A stretch of 64,000 bases of DNA from a virus, in the IMG/VR virus record IMGVR_UViG_3300037424_002120, positions 1 through 64,000 of that record. One strand, given 5' to 3'. Numbering within the stretch: position 1 is the first letter of the stretch; each line of letters starts with the position of its first letter. A program made the position numbers and the translations under genes. The notes below the pieces were generated by a model. That model was not told where the DNA came from. It was given only the letters and a program-made list of their open reading frames with translations, and ran no database searches. Below are positions 20,641 to 28,698 of the stretch, one piece after another.

Positions 20641-21896
20641 GTCATGAACCCCATGCATAAATGCAGGGGCTTGTAGCTAGGCGCGTCCTGCTACGATAGG
20701 CTGCATGACAGGTACAGCCCGGGAGATGTTTATGGCTGCGTTCCGATCTGCGTTATCAGAATGCCCACACTTTTTACAGACAAAGGAGGCTTGACTCTTG
20801 CGATTAGCTTTCTCACAGTGCCCACATGCTGAGCACGTACGGGATGTATTTCTTGGGTCGACCGTATACAACGGGACACCTGCAAGAGCAGCTTTGTACG
20901 AGAGGAAGAACCGGAGTTGCCAGAATGACCAAGAGCTATGCATCGGACGCAGGACCTTCTTAACCGTGCGTTCCAGTCCTTGACGGGACCGGATGTGTCT
21001 TAGATCCTCGATTGCAATTGCTTGTCTATGATCTTTTGCCTTCTTGACAATATGTTTGGAGATAACGTGGTTTGTATTTTTCCTAAATCGGGCTTCCCTC
21101 CCAGAAAGTTTTTTGAGATGTCTTTTTGCCGACTTGGTGCCTCGTTTCTGAAGATCAGAGCGAAGTCTCAGCATACGCTTGCGAGTCTTCTCAACAGCTT
21201 CCCCGCTAAAGGACTCACCTTCGGAGTCGGTGGCAATTTGGATTATGCCCAGGTCGACTCCGAGCGTGCCTCCTTCCTCAGCCTCGTAGGGCTCAGGAGC
21301 GGGAACATCAAGCGTAACGGCAAGGTAGAAGGTCCCATTACGATAGAGCAAATCGGCTTGTCCCTTGATGGCATTCATACGGGATTGCTGGTAGCCGCCC
21401 ATCCTGAACGGGACAATCACACGTCCCTGCAATGTCAGGAGGGAAACCTCACTCAATCCTTTGAATGCCATCAGGCGCTCATCGTAGGTTATCGCACCTT
21501 CAGATCGAAACAACGGCTTGATGCTCTTATCCCGCTTGTAGCTATCGACTACCTTGCTGATGGCACGGATAGTCATTTGAGACGACAAGCTAAAGCGCTT
21601 GCGGATATCGCCATAGACCAGCTTCTGAAGCTCAAATTTGTTTGCGAGCTTCCATTCAAAAGCCGTCTGGGCAATATCGTTACACGCATCGTTGAACGCA
21701 TGCATCGTCTCAAGAAGAGCAGTATGTTGTTCTGGCGAAGGTGCCAGTTTCAAGAGCATTGTTTGTTTCATGCAAGGATTATACCACCGTTAGAGCGTTC
21801 TTGTCAATACCATTCTAATGGGAAGATTTTCGCGTCTACGGGTGCCTTTCTTACCTCCCCATGGATAAATCCAGGGGCTTCCCGAAAGGACTCCTG
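20641..21896 (-). mobile_element. IS200/IS605-family element carrying TnpB only
   Basis: Inserted 3' of TCAC; left hairpin CCCCTGGATTTATCCATGGGG, right hairpin CCCCTGCATTTATGCATGGGG, ends TGAC; no target duplication; excision restores the host frame. Confidence 0.9.
20677..21771 (-). CDS. tnpB: TnpB RNA-guided endonuclease with intact catalytic residues
   Basis: GVDLG, AIEDL and NADRNAA RuvC motifs; CSAC/CKKC zinc finger. Confidence 0.95.
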   Translation of the reverse strand: MKQTMLLKLAPSPEQHTALLETMHAFNDACNDIAQTAFEWKLANKFELQKLVYGDIRKRFSLSSQMTIRAISKVVDSYKRDKSIKPLFRSEGAITYDERLMAFKGLSEVSLLTLQGRVIVPFRMGGYQQSRMNAIKGQADLLYRNGTFYLAVTLDVPAPEPYEAEEGGTLGVDLGIIQIATDSEGESFSGEAVEKTRKRMLRLRSDLQKRGTKSAKRHLKKLSGREARFRKNTNHVISKHIVKKAKDHRQAIAIEDLRHIRSRQGLERTVKKVLRPMHSSWSFWQLRFFLSYKAALAGVPLYTVDPRNTSRTCSACGHCEKANRKSQASFVCKKCGHSDNADRNAAINISRAVPVMQPIVAGRA

Positions 21897-22080
21897 GTGA
21901 GTATCCGCTCATTGCGGTATTTTGTAATTGGAAAAGATTTCATGGTCTGATCTCCTTTTTGCGAAGCTTGCATTAAGGCGACCAGACTGTTAAAATCTGG
22001 GTAGCCCAAAGGCAAGCAACTGTCTTGAGTTAGATCCTTGTCATGTTGTTTTCGAGGCTACTTGACAAGGATCGTGTCCG

Positions 22081-22293
22081 CTATTCTACTGTTGTTAACC
22101 TTGCTGTTTTCTCGTCGATACCCCAGAGAGCCAGATCTCTGGCTACTTCTCTTACGGTCTCTAGAGATGGCTCACAACCCATCTGGCGGCAAAGCATCTC
22201 GCGAAACACACGTAGACGCTCCCCCGAGAGAGAGAAGTTAATGACAATACGTTTTTCATCGTCACGCTTCTTGGGATATTCTCTTCTAGGCAT
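22081..22293 (-). CDS. Small basic, possibly RHH-like DNA-binding protein
   Basis: MPRREYPKKR...IVINFSL; upstream TTGCGA-17-TACAAT promoter. Confidence 0.45.
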   Translation of the reverse strand: MPRREYPKKRDDEKRIVINFSLSGERLRVFREMLCRQMGCEPSLETVREVARDLALWGIDEKTARLTTVE

Positions 22294-22516
22294 AGCCGTT
22301 CTTTCTTCTATAATTTTGCTCCACTGTGACCTCATTGATCACCTTTGTATTGTAGCACAATATTGTATTATTCGCAATACTTTTGATGGCAGTCTTGAGC
22401 TTGCGCATAGACTCGTTATTGATTGTTTTGCAACACATGATGTAATTAGGATGACTGTACAGGAGAGAGCAAAAAGAAAGAACCTGGGTTGTCCAAGCTC
22501 TTTGCGTCACATTCTT

Positions 22517-24127
22517 TTAAAACTCACTGCGCAGGAATGCACTCATTATCTCAGGAACAGCCGTGTCAAAGCCGCATACTTCAAGTGCTCTTTTATCATC
22601 AGGAGCATTATTAGTGACATGAGTCGCTGTCATCTGCACATTAACGATACGAGCTTCAGCATTGATTTGTCTTCTGTATGCTTCAAGTGCCTGTACAGGC
22701 TGCTGATGGCCTTGCCAAGTTTCACTATCCGACAAAATGACAAATGCATCAACTTCTAGTTTATTCTTTAGAGCATATTCCATTGGCAATGCAAGATTTG
22801 TACCACCACCACCGTATTGCTTCAAGATCTGCACAGCATCGTCAAGTCTTTGTTTTGGTGAAATGGGCAAACCATGTACTGATGTGTCAACACCTATTAT
22901 GTGGTAGTTACTCTCGCTATTTGCCAGAACCAAGGCCATGGCACCTGCTGCCGTATGCACTTCAAGATTTGGAATACCATTGACGGTGGCATTACGCATT
23001 GATCCGCTTGTGTCGATTGCCAGCAAGATGCGCTTACCCGTTGGCTCCACATTGTTAAATGCCAGATAGAATGCGTCATTTAACGCATCTACAATGTCCT
23101 GTACCGGAGTCCAAGTATTGCTGCCACGCACGCTCTTACCACTCTGATAGGTCGTTAATGCAGACAAGATCTTAATCGGATGTAATCGAGCCTTTAAGAT
23201 TGCATCTCGATTGCGTAGCCGCTCTGCAATCTGCCGTGTCATGTCACCCATCGGCAAGATCACACCTTCTCTGGTCATTGTTGCCAGATTGCGAGTCATG
23301 GCCTCCATTGGCATATCTTCAAGCAATGCTTCCCAGACACGCACTGAATGCAGGTATTGAGTCGGAACGGCCTCACGCGGCAATCTATACTCTTTGATCA
23401 GAGCCGCTACTTCCTTGTCATCGGCTGCACACTTGGCTTTCTCATATGCCCAGATAATCCTGAGTGCCTCATCAGAATGCGGTTCGTCTCCTACATTCTC
23501 CCAACCTTTGGTTACCCAGTGATACAGCGCATTGTATGTATCCGTTGTGGCCTTCGGGTGCGCAAGCCTCAATAAGTCTCTCTGGCTGTACCCATCCCTT
23601 TGCTGATATTTTAAAAGCTGATAAGCTAGGTTCTGCTCTTTGCGATCATTAAACCATGAGGCAACGGCACGTCTGTAAGCGCGGCCCCATCCTCTGAACT
23701 GCTTTGTGTAAGCGACAAAATGCAGCAAGTGTGTTCCTGTACGCGCTACTTGTGGAAGGATTGACAATGCATATTGGCGTATTTCTTGATCATCGGCGGC
23801 TGCACAACGAGCTAGAGCAAAAAGAGCAGGATCGTTTGAGGGTGCCCTGCCAGCTTTTGATATCTCAGCAATGGTGTTGACCACAGCCTTCCCCTGGCCC
23901 TCCTTCAACATGCGCTCTACTACATCTAAATTCTCTTTAACAAGCTTTCTCTCACCAACATAGTATGTTCCAGATTGTGCGCCTAATGTAACAAATCTAT
24001 GCAATCGCGTAATATCATCTACTGCGTAGCTGTACCCGCCTGCATTATTTAGAATCTGAGTAGAGCCAGGAATAGGCTCTGTTTGTGGTGTCGACTGCGA
24101 TCTTTTGCCAAAACCGAGATAATGCAT
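22517..24127 (-). CDS. rsr: Ro60/Rsr TROVE-vWA RNA-binding protein
   Basis: NNAGGY, RLHRFVTLG...TYY, KYQQRDGYSQRDLLRLAHP, MTRNL, LHP; vWA MIDAS DTSGSM; SDSETW; GFD. Confidence 0.95.
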   Translation of the reverse strand: MHYLGFGKRSQSTPQTEPIPGSTQILNNAGGYSYAVDDITRLHRFVTLGAQSGTYYVGERKLVKENLDVVERMLKEGQGKAVVNTIAEISKAGRAPSNDPALFALARCAAADDQEIRQYALSILPQVARTGTHLLHFVAYTKQFRGWGRAYRRAVASWFNDRKEQNLAYQLLKYQQRDGYSQRDLLRLAHPKATTDTYNALYHWVTKGWENVGDEPHSDEALRIIWAYEKAKCAADDKEVAALIKEYRLPREAVPTQYLHSVRVWEALLEDMPMEAMTRNLATMTREGVILPMGDMTRQIAERLRNRDAILKARLHPIKILSALTTYQSGKSVRGSNTWTPVQDIVDALNDAFYLAFNNVEPTGKRILLAIDTSGSMRNATVNGIPNLEVHTAAGAMALVLANSESNYHIIGVDTSVHGLPISPKQRLDDAVQILKQYGGGGTNLALPMEYALKNKLEVDAFVILSDSETWQGHQQPVQALEAYRRQINAEARIVNVQMTATHVTNNAPDDKRALEVCGFDTAVPEIMSAFLRSEF

Positions 24128-24152
24128 TGTCGTTTCCTTCTAGAAATAGAAG

Positions 24153-24217
24153 TGTCCTGAGCAATTTTGCGTTTACGGGTATATAAAGCAGATAACCATA
24201 AACATCGGCTCAGGACA
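24153..24217 (-). ncRNA. Minimal Y RNA (Ro-binding stem only)
   Basis: UGUCCUGAGC/GCUCAGGACA stem, CCGAU bulge, GUUUAUGG/CCGUAAAC stem, GGUUAUC motif; immediately upstream of rsr. Confidence 0.75.
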
Positions 24218-24229
24218 ATAATTCCGTAA

Positions 24230-24363
24230 TCTTGGATAAGCTGGTGTATCGGACTATTGCATTAGGCCACTCTGCCACTGATACAGGTTTCCCCGTACCG
24301 GTGGGATTCGAACCCACGAACCATTTTAACGGTGATAGGTAACCGATACTATCGACCCAAGAC
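24230..24363 (-). ncRNA. yrlA: YrlA-like Y RNA with a class II (Ser/Leu-like) tRNA-mimic domain
   Basis: UCUUGGGU/AUCCAAGA stem, GGUCGAU motif, GUAUCGG/CCGAUAC stem; T arm GUGGG-UUCGAAU-CCCAC precedes D arm GGCAGAGUGGCCUAAUGC (permuted order). Confidence 0.88.
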
Positions 24364-24379
24364 AAAATGATAAGACCTT

Positions 24380-24511
24380 TGAGATGGATAAAAGTAGGCA
24401 TTGGGTTAAGGTGCTCTACCAACTGAGCTACAATGAGTTACCCCATTGACAGGATTTGAACCTGCGACCACCCCGTTACAAGCGGTAACCAATACCAAGC
24501 GACCCAACTCA
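24380..24511 (-). ncRNA. yrlA: YrlA-like Y RNA with a class I tRNA-mimic domain
   Basis: GAGUUGGGU/AUCCAUCUC stem, GGUCG motif, GGUAUUGG/CCAAUGCC stem, T arm GCAGG-UUCAAAU-CCUGU, CAAUG/CAUUG capped acceptor stem, D arm GCUCAGUUGGUAGAGC. Confidence 0.88.
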
Positions 24512-24516
24512 CATGT

Positions 24517-24535
24517 ATTATACTAGCGCTGTCAA
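24517..24535 (-). promoter_or_regulatory. -10 element for the Y RNA/rsr operon
   Basis: TATAAT lies about 6 nt before the first Y RNA 5' end; TTGACA is only 7 nt upstream of it (non-canonical spacing). Confidence 0.55.
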
Positions 24536-24546
24536 CAGGAGGAAGC

Positions 24547-24626
24547 AAAAAGAAGTTGTCTGCCCGCGCTTTCGTCCCCCGTAGCTGCTCCTGTACACAG
24601 AGCGGCGGGCTGCTGCCACGATGGAC
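24547..24626 (-). ncRNA. Putative pseudoknotted small RNA or attenuator
   Basis: Own promoter TTGCCT-17-TATGAT (24659-24631); GUCC-AU-CGUGGC/GCUACG-GG-GGAC stem; internal GCCCGC pairs with 3' GCGGGC; U-tract follows. Confidence 0.55.
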
Positions 24627-24660
24627 TGCTATCATAGCACATTGCTATTTTTCAGGCAAC

Positions 24661-24727
24661 AAAAAGACCAGCCAATGCTCTCTTGGCTGGTCTCTTCGCA
24701 AGGCTCCGATGTACTGAAATATTACTA
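24661..24727 (-). ncRNA. Putative ~67-nt sRNA
   Basis: TTGACA-17-TACAAT (24761-24733); terminator AGACCAGCCAA/UUGGCUGGUCU plus U-tract; no ORF inside. Confidence 0.6.
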
Positions 24728-24762
24728 CAAGCATTGTACAGCCCATCGCAAAAAATGTCAAC

Positions 24763-24827
24763 AAGAAAGCCCGCCGTTGTGGGATAGCGGGCCTCTTGGG
24801 CATGGAGCTGGGGCTGGAAAGGTACTG
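24763..24827 (-). ncRNA. Putative ~65-nt C-rich sRNA
   Basis: TTGACA-17-TACAAT (24861-24833); terminator GCCCGC/GCGGGC plus UUUCUU; no convincing ORF within the unit. Confidence 0.6.
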
Positions 24828-24941
24828 GCCACATTGTACAGTTTGCCGCTTGCCTTGTCAAGTTGACGGCCTGTCGTACAATGCGAAGAGAGAGCGGGCT
24901 CGTACTTTAGTTTTGCAGGCCGTTAAACCCGCTCTCTTCTT

Positions 24942-25641
24942 CTACTCTACAATCTTCCACTCTTTCGCTACTAACTTCCATCGCTTCCTTGCTCTTGAGC
25001 CATCTACCTCTTCGTGGGATGGATATATCGCGTTTCTGTTCAGCTTACGGATTGAACTACAAAGCGGACATTCAACAGGAAGATTGTCGGGATTATCAAG
25101 TAAAAACACCTCATGAAAACTATACCGGCACTTGTTCACTGTGCCTCCTCTGGACTATCCAACTCTGGGATAATTTCTTTTCGCACTTTGAGCTTGTAGC
25201 TCTGCACTGGCTTGGGATAGATTGAGACAAGCCAACGCCTGTTCAGATCGTCATACTGAGCAATGCGAAGCTTGCACTGCTCGTAGTTACCTTCGTGCGA
25301 GTAGGCCGTAGCCACAAGGACGGCTGGCGTCAACTCTTTGGAGCGAGGAAGTTTGACGTAGACTTTCGCGCCTATGTCCGTTTTTGTGGCTCGTGGTTTC
25401 TTTGCGAGGTTCTCTGCCGACTTTTGCATGAGATAATCTGTTAATTCGTCCACGGCTCCTCCTCCTGATTTTTTGCGATTATCTCTTTTCTCACTTGTAT
25501 CATCTTTTTAAGATGCAGTTCATCTCCATCGACAACTTTCATGTTGAGGGCTCTTGCCACCTTTTTTATGTTTTTTATCGAGAGATCGCGATTGCAATTC
25601 TCTAACAAACTTATAATTGCTAGAGACTCTCCAAATGTCAT
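24942..25641 (-). CDS. Three small hypothetical genes (25441-25641, 25136-25453, 24942-25139; the last has a CxxC zinc ribbon)
   Basis: Overlapping start/stop codons and GGAGG-type SD sites. Confidence 0.6.
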
Positions 25642-25685
25642 TCTACATTTCCTCCTGTGGGATGCCTCTCAACACCCCGTGCTAA

Positions 25686-26546
25686 CTATGCACTTTGCTC
25701 GACTTGTGTGCTTGCGATGATCCTCTTGAGATCTTCCTGCTCAAGAGACATCACAGTTACTGCGGTGACCGGAAACCCCAATACCTCGCTAGCATAAGAG
25801 AAGAGGTCGGATTTGATCTTCACGAGACCCGCTCCCAGACATCTCTCCCAGACATCCTTGATGGTTAATGGAGCGGGTCTCCCATCAAGCCAGCGCCCCA
25901 TTACCTCTGCTATCTCACTACCAGCTCGTGGAAACACTTTGTTTTGCAGCTCTGAACATCGTGTTTTAGCAATCGTTAGCACATTGTCTAGGTCAAGTGA
26001 ACCGACCACATCGAATTCGTAGACCATACCTTTTCTCTGGATAGGCTCAATGCCTACGGAACGAACATCAGGTTTCGTCCTGCCTTCCTTGGTTTCCATA
26101 ATGTGCTCTTCCTTCGCTCTCATTGTCACAATGAGATGCATATTTACACTGAGCATAGTATCAACAAATGCATTATGCAAAGGAGTGACCTTTGCCCAAT
26201 TGGTAAAATTGTGCCCAGCCAGCTCAAGAGCCCCGCTTGATCCATCCCACTCTTGAGTTGCAGAATCGATGATGAGTACGTCATGGTCTGGTGAGCCAGC
26301 TGCGGCTTTGATGGCTTCCACATAGGAATTGGGATGGAAGTTCTGTAACTCTATTACATCAAAATCAAAGATATCCGCATATTTACTAGCTGAACCTCGC
26401 TCTGAGTCAATTAGCAAGATACGCTTCTTTGCCATCTCAGTGGCTATTTTGAGTGCGCTAAACGTTTTGCCACTACCCGATGGTCCATAGAGTGCTAGTC
26501 TCATCTTTGCGCCGTATTTCACAGCTTTTTTGATCTGAATTGCCAT
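25686..26546 (-). CDS. Sak4-like AAA ATPase (single-strand annealing/recombination)
   Basis: GPSGSGKT Walker A, IDSERGS, IIDS Walker B, YEFD, KTR. Confidence 0.85.
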   Translation of the reverse strand: MAIQIKKAVKYGAKMRLALYGPSGSGKTFSALKIATEMAKKRILLIDSERGSASKYADIFDFDVIELQNFHPNSYVEAIKAAAGSPDHDVLIIDSATQEWDGSSGALELAGHNFTNWAKVTPLHNAFVDTMLSVNMHLIVTMRAKEEHIMETKEGRTKPDVRSVGIEPIQRKGMVYEFDVVGSLDLDNVLTIAKTRCSELQNKVFPRAGSEIAEVMGRWLDGRPAPLTIKDVWERCLGAGLVKIKSDLFSYASEVLGFPVTAVTVMSLEQEDLKRIIASTQVEQSA

Positions 26547-26618
26547 TTTGTTTCTCACTTTCTGTGGTATACTAATTCAAATTTCACTTGGTTTGCTGAG
26601 CTGAGGAGGCCTAAGTCC

Positions 26619-27320
26619 TTAGCTCAGCTTTTTCAATCTCTCAATGCTCTCTGCTCTGGGAGGCCTGAGATGGCTGTGAATGTGCCTTTCAGCATTCTTC
26701 ATCCCCTGCCAGTGCTGAGCATCACGCGCGTTGCCGGATTGCTTCGCTTCATTGTGAAGCATCTCGAAGTGCTCAAGACGTTCTTGCGAATTCTGCTGAG
26801 TTGGCAGTCTCAGAATATTCCAGCTCATTGCGCACTCCTTTCTGCTATGAGCTGTGCAATAGCCTCACGCCACTCTTGAGTGAGAATGGCATAATCTGAC
26901 TCGTCATCAGTGATGCTGAGATCAAATCCTAATGGCGTATCTGTGACGAGATCGTTAAAAACATCCCCCAGACATAACTGGCCTAGCACGCAGTGGCATG
27001 CGCAGGAAAGATCAAGATCTTCCAGATCGATATCGAAAACCCAGTCAACGCCACATTCGATGTCGAGGAACTCGACCCCCTTGGCTATTTGTGTTTGAAA
27101 CACTGTTTTGTCCTTTCTACTGATCGTAAACTGATGTATCCACGCCCCAGATGTCTCGTAGAGTGAGACTAGGATTGGTGTCTCTCCAGTACTGACGCGC
27201 TGGGACCAACTCGTAGAAGATCTGGCATTGCTCTGTGTATAATTCGTCGTTGTACGGAGCGTCTTCTGGGTCATTAATACTCCGCAGATAGTCGTAACGC
27301 TCTTGTTTTAGATTTTTCAT
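26619..27320 (-). CDS. Small hypothetical genes (26619-26828, 26825-27274, 27117-27320)
   Basis: Co-oriented ORFs, some with SD sites; no recognised motif, and the overlap makes starts uncertain. Confidence 0.45.
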
Positions 27321-27349
27321 CGTATTTCCTTGTGTTTCCTTTCTGATTG

Positions 27350-27874
27350 CTAGACTATACTAAATGCTTTGTTTTTTGTGAGAGCCGCGCTCATCATCCG
27401 CTCTTCTGCTTCTCTCTGAGGCCTGAGCATCTCCGCGTACGCCTCTGGATCAACCGGCTCTCTTGTGTCGAGAAAGATGAGGCAACATCTCATCTTGTCC
27501 CAGGCTTGCTTGCGCTCGCAAAGCTGAGCTGGCGTCTCTACGTACGCCTCAATGGCCACTGGAGTAGCAACGACAACCGATTGAGCAGCCATCTCGGCAG
27601 CCTTAGCAGCTTTGCGAGCAGCATAGCGAGCGTTTTGTTCTGCTACCATTATATTTATATGATAGCAGCGCTGACCCCACACGGCATTACCTTCACACGT
27701 GCAGCTATGCGCTTTGTTGCGTCTCAAAGTCGTAACATACTCAGTACCCTCGTCGTTTCTGATATGCAGAACGACATCTCCTCTGTGCAATCCTTTAGGT
27801 GCATAATTCCTCTTCATTGCATAACGTGTGAGCACTAAAATTGTTCGCTCTGGTGCCGCTTTCTTGGTTGCCAT
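27350..27874 (-). CDS. SWIM zinc-finger protein
   Basis: CTC...CYH (CxC-xn-CxH); SD GAGGAG; promoter TTGCAA-17-TATACT. Confidence 0.7.
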   Translation of the reverse strand: MATKKAAPERTILVLTRYAMKRNYAPKGLHRGDVVLHIRNDEGTEYVTTLRRNKAHSCTCEGNAVWGQRCYHINIMVAEQNARYAARKAAKAAEMAAQSVVVATPVAIEAYVETPAQLCERKQAWDKMRCCLIFLDTREPVDPEAYAEMLRPQREAEERMMSAALTKNKAFSIV

Positions 27875-27924
27875 TGCTTTGCTCCTCTCGCTTGGTGGTT
27901 TTGTGTTTCTCAACTTCTATAGGT

Positions 27925-28000
27925 AGTATAGCATAGTTATGAAGACATTGCAATGGGTTTGAGTACCAATATTGACGGCTTCGAAAAAATATGTTATTAT
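27925..28000. promoter_or_regulatory. Divergent sigma70 promoter pair
   Basis: Minus strand TTGCAA-17-TATACT; plus strand TTGACG-17-TATTAT. Confidence 0.65.
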
Positions 28001-28029
28001 TCATTCATAACAAAAAGGAGGTGGCACAA

Positions 28030-28281
28030 ATGAAAATACCCCGTAGGCCTAAAGCTGAGAAAGGCAAGTATGAAGGTAAACAGTTCCTAGATTATAAAGA
28101 GGCTGGGGACTACCTTGGTATTCGACACACAGCACTTTACCACTACGTTACTGAGATGGAGATAGAGACCCATAAGTTCAAACGGAATCGGAAACGATAT
28201 CTGGCGTTCACTGATGTGAAGCGAATTGAGCAAGCGATGGAGAGCCCCTGGTTAGCAGGACCAGAAAAAGCAGTTGCATAG
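28030..28281 (+). CDS. Excisionase/MerR-like HTH protein
   Basis: LDYKEAGDYLGIRHTALYHYV; SD AAGGAGG. Confidence 0.75.
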   Translation: MKIPRRPKAEKGKYEGKQFLDYKEAGDYLGIRHTALYHYVTEMEIETHKFKRNRKRYLAFTDVKRIEQAMESPWLAGPEKAVA

Positions 28282-28353
28282 CCAGGATTGTCAGTACCTT
28301 GCCCTGAGAAGCGATCACTGACAATCCCTAACTACCTAAAAGGATTATACATC

Positions 28354-28698
28354 ATGACCAAAGTTACACAAGAGAAGTTACACTCAGTATATGCACTAGT
28401 CGACCCAAGAAAAAGTGAGGTTCGATACATCGGTGCATCCTGCAATATCGATCGCAGATATAGCCAACATATATCTGACCGTGATAAAAGCAATCAAGGA
28501 AAGCAGTCTTGGATAGATGAATTAAAAATTCAAGGATTGCGCCCCAAGCTTATTATTCTTGAATCTGGACTTGAAAAAGCACGAAGCCTTATTCGCGAAA
28601 GATACTGGATACAAATACATCTTAAGAAGGATGCCATCCTTACAAACATGCGCGATGCTGAATTATTGCCATGGGAATGTCGTCAGGGGGTGAAATAA
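28354..28698 (+). CDS. GIY-YIG-family endonuclease
   Basis: VYALVDP...RYIG...RYSQH...ERYWI...LTN. Confidence 0.8.
   Translation: MTKVTQEKLHSVYALVDPRKSEVRYIGASCNIDRRYSQHISDRDKSNQGKQSWIDELKIQGLRPKLIILESGLEKARSLIRERYWIQIHLKKDAILTNMRDAELLPWECRQGVK

Larger units (their letters stand above)
19875..21943 (-). pseudogene. ORF6N-domain antirepressor-like gene split by a TnpB IS (parts 21943-21897 and 20640-19875)
   Basis: SD AAGGAG before the ATG at 21943; removing the IS restores MKSFPITKYRNERILT-TGQIAEAYETT...HFVAGKHYF...LYLWTKRGAALHAK. Confidence 0.8.

Noticed and set aside
21022-21900. 292-aa plus-strand ORF
   Set aside because: Antisense shadow of tnpB
24230-24511. Two canonical tRNA genes
   Set aside because: The T arm precedes the D arm, the acceptor stem is closed by a loop and there is no CCA end; the layout fits YrlA Y RNAs
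24555-24626. HDV-like/theta or hammerhead ribozyme
   Set aside because: The P1.1 GG, the P2-P3 adjacency and the CUGAUGA core are absent on both strands
24661-24827. Solitary CRISPR repeats (RNA anti-CRISPR)
   Set aside because: Only 5-6 nt resemble repeat starts and there is no GAAAC/GAAAG end; cannot be supported without host repeats
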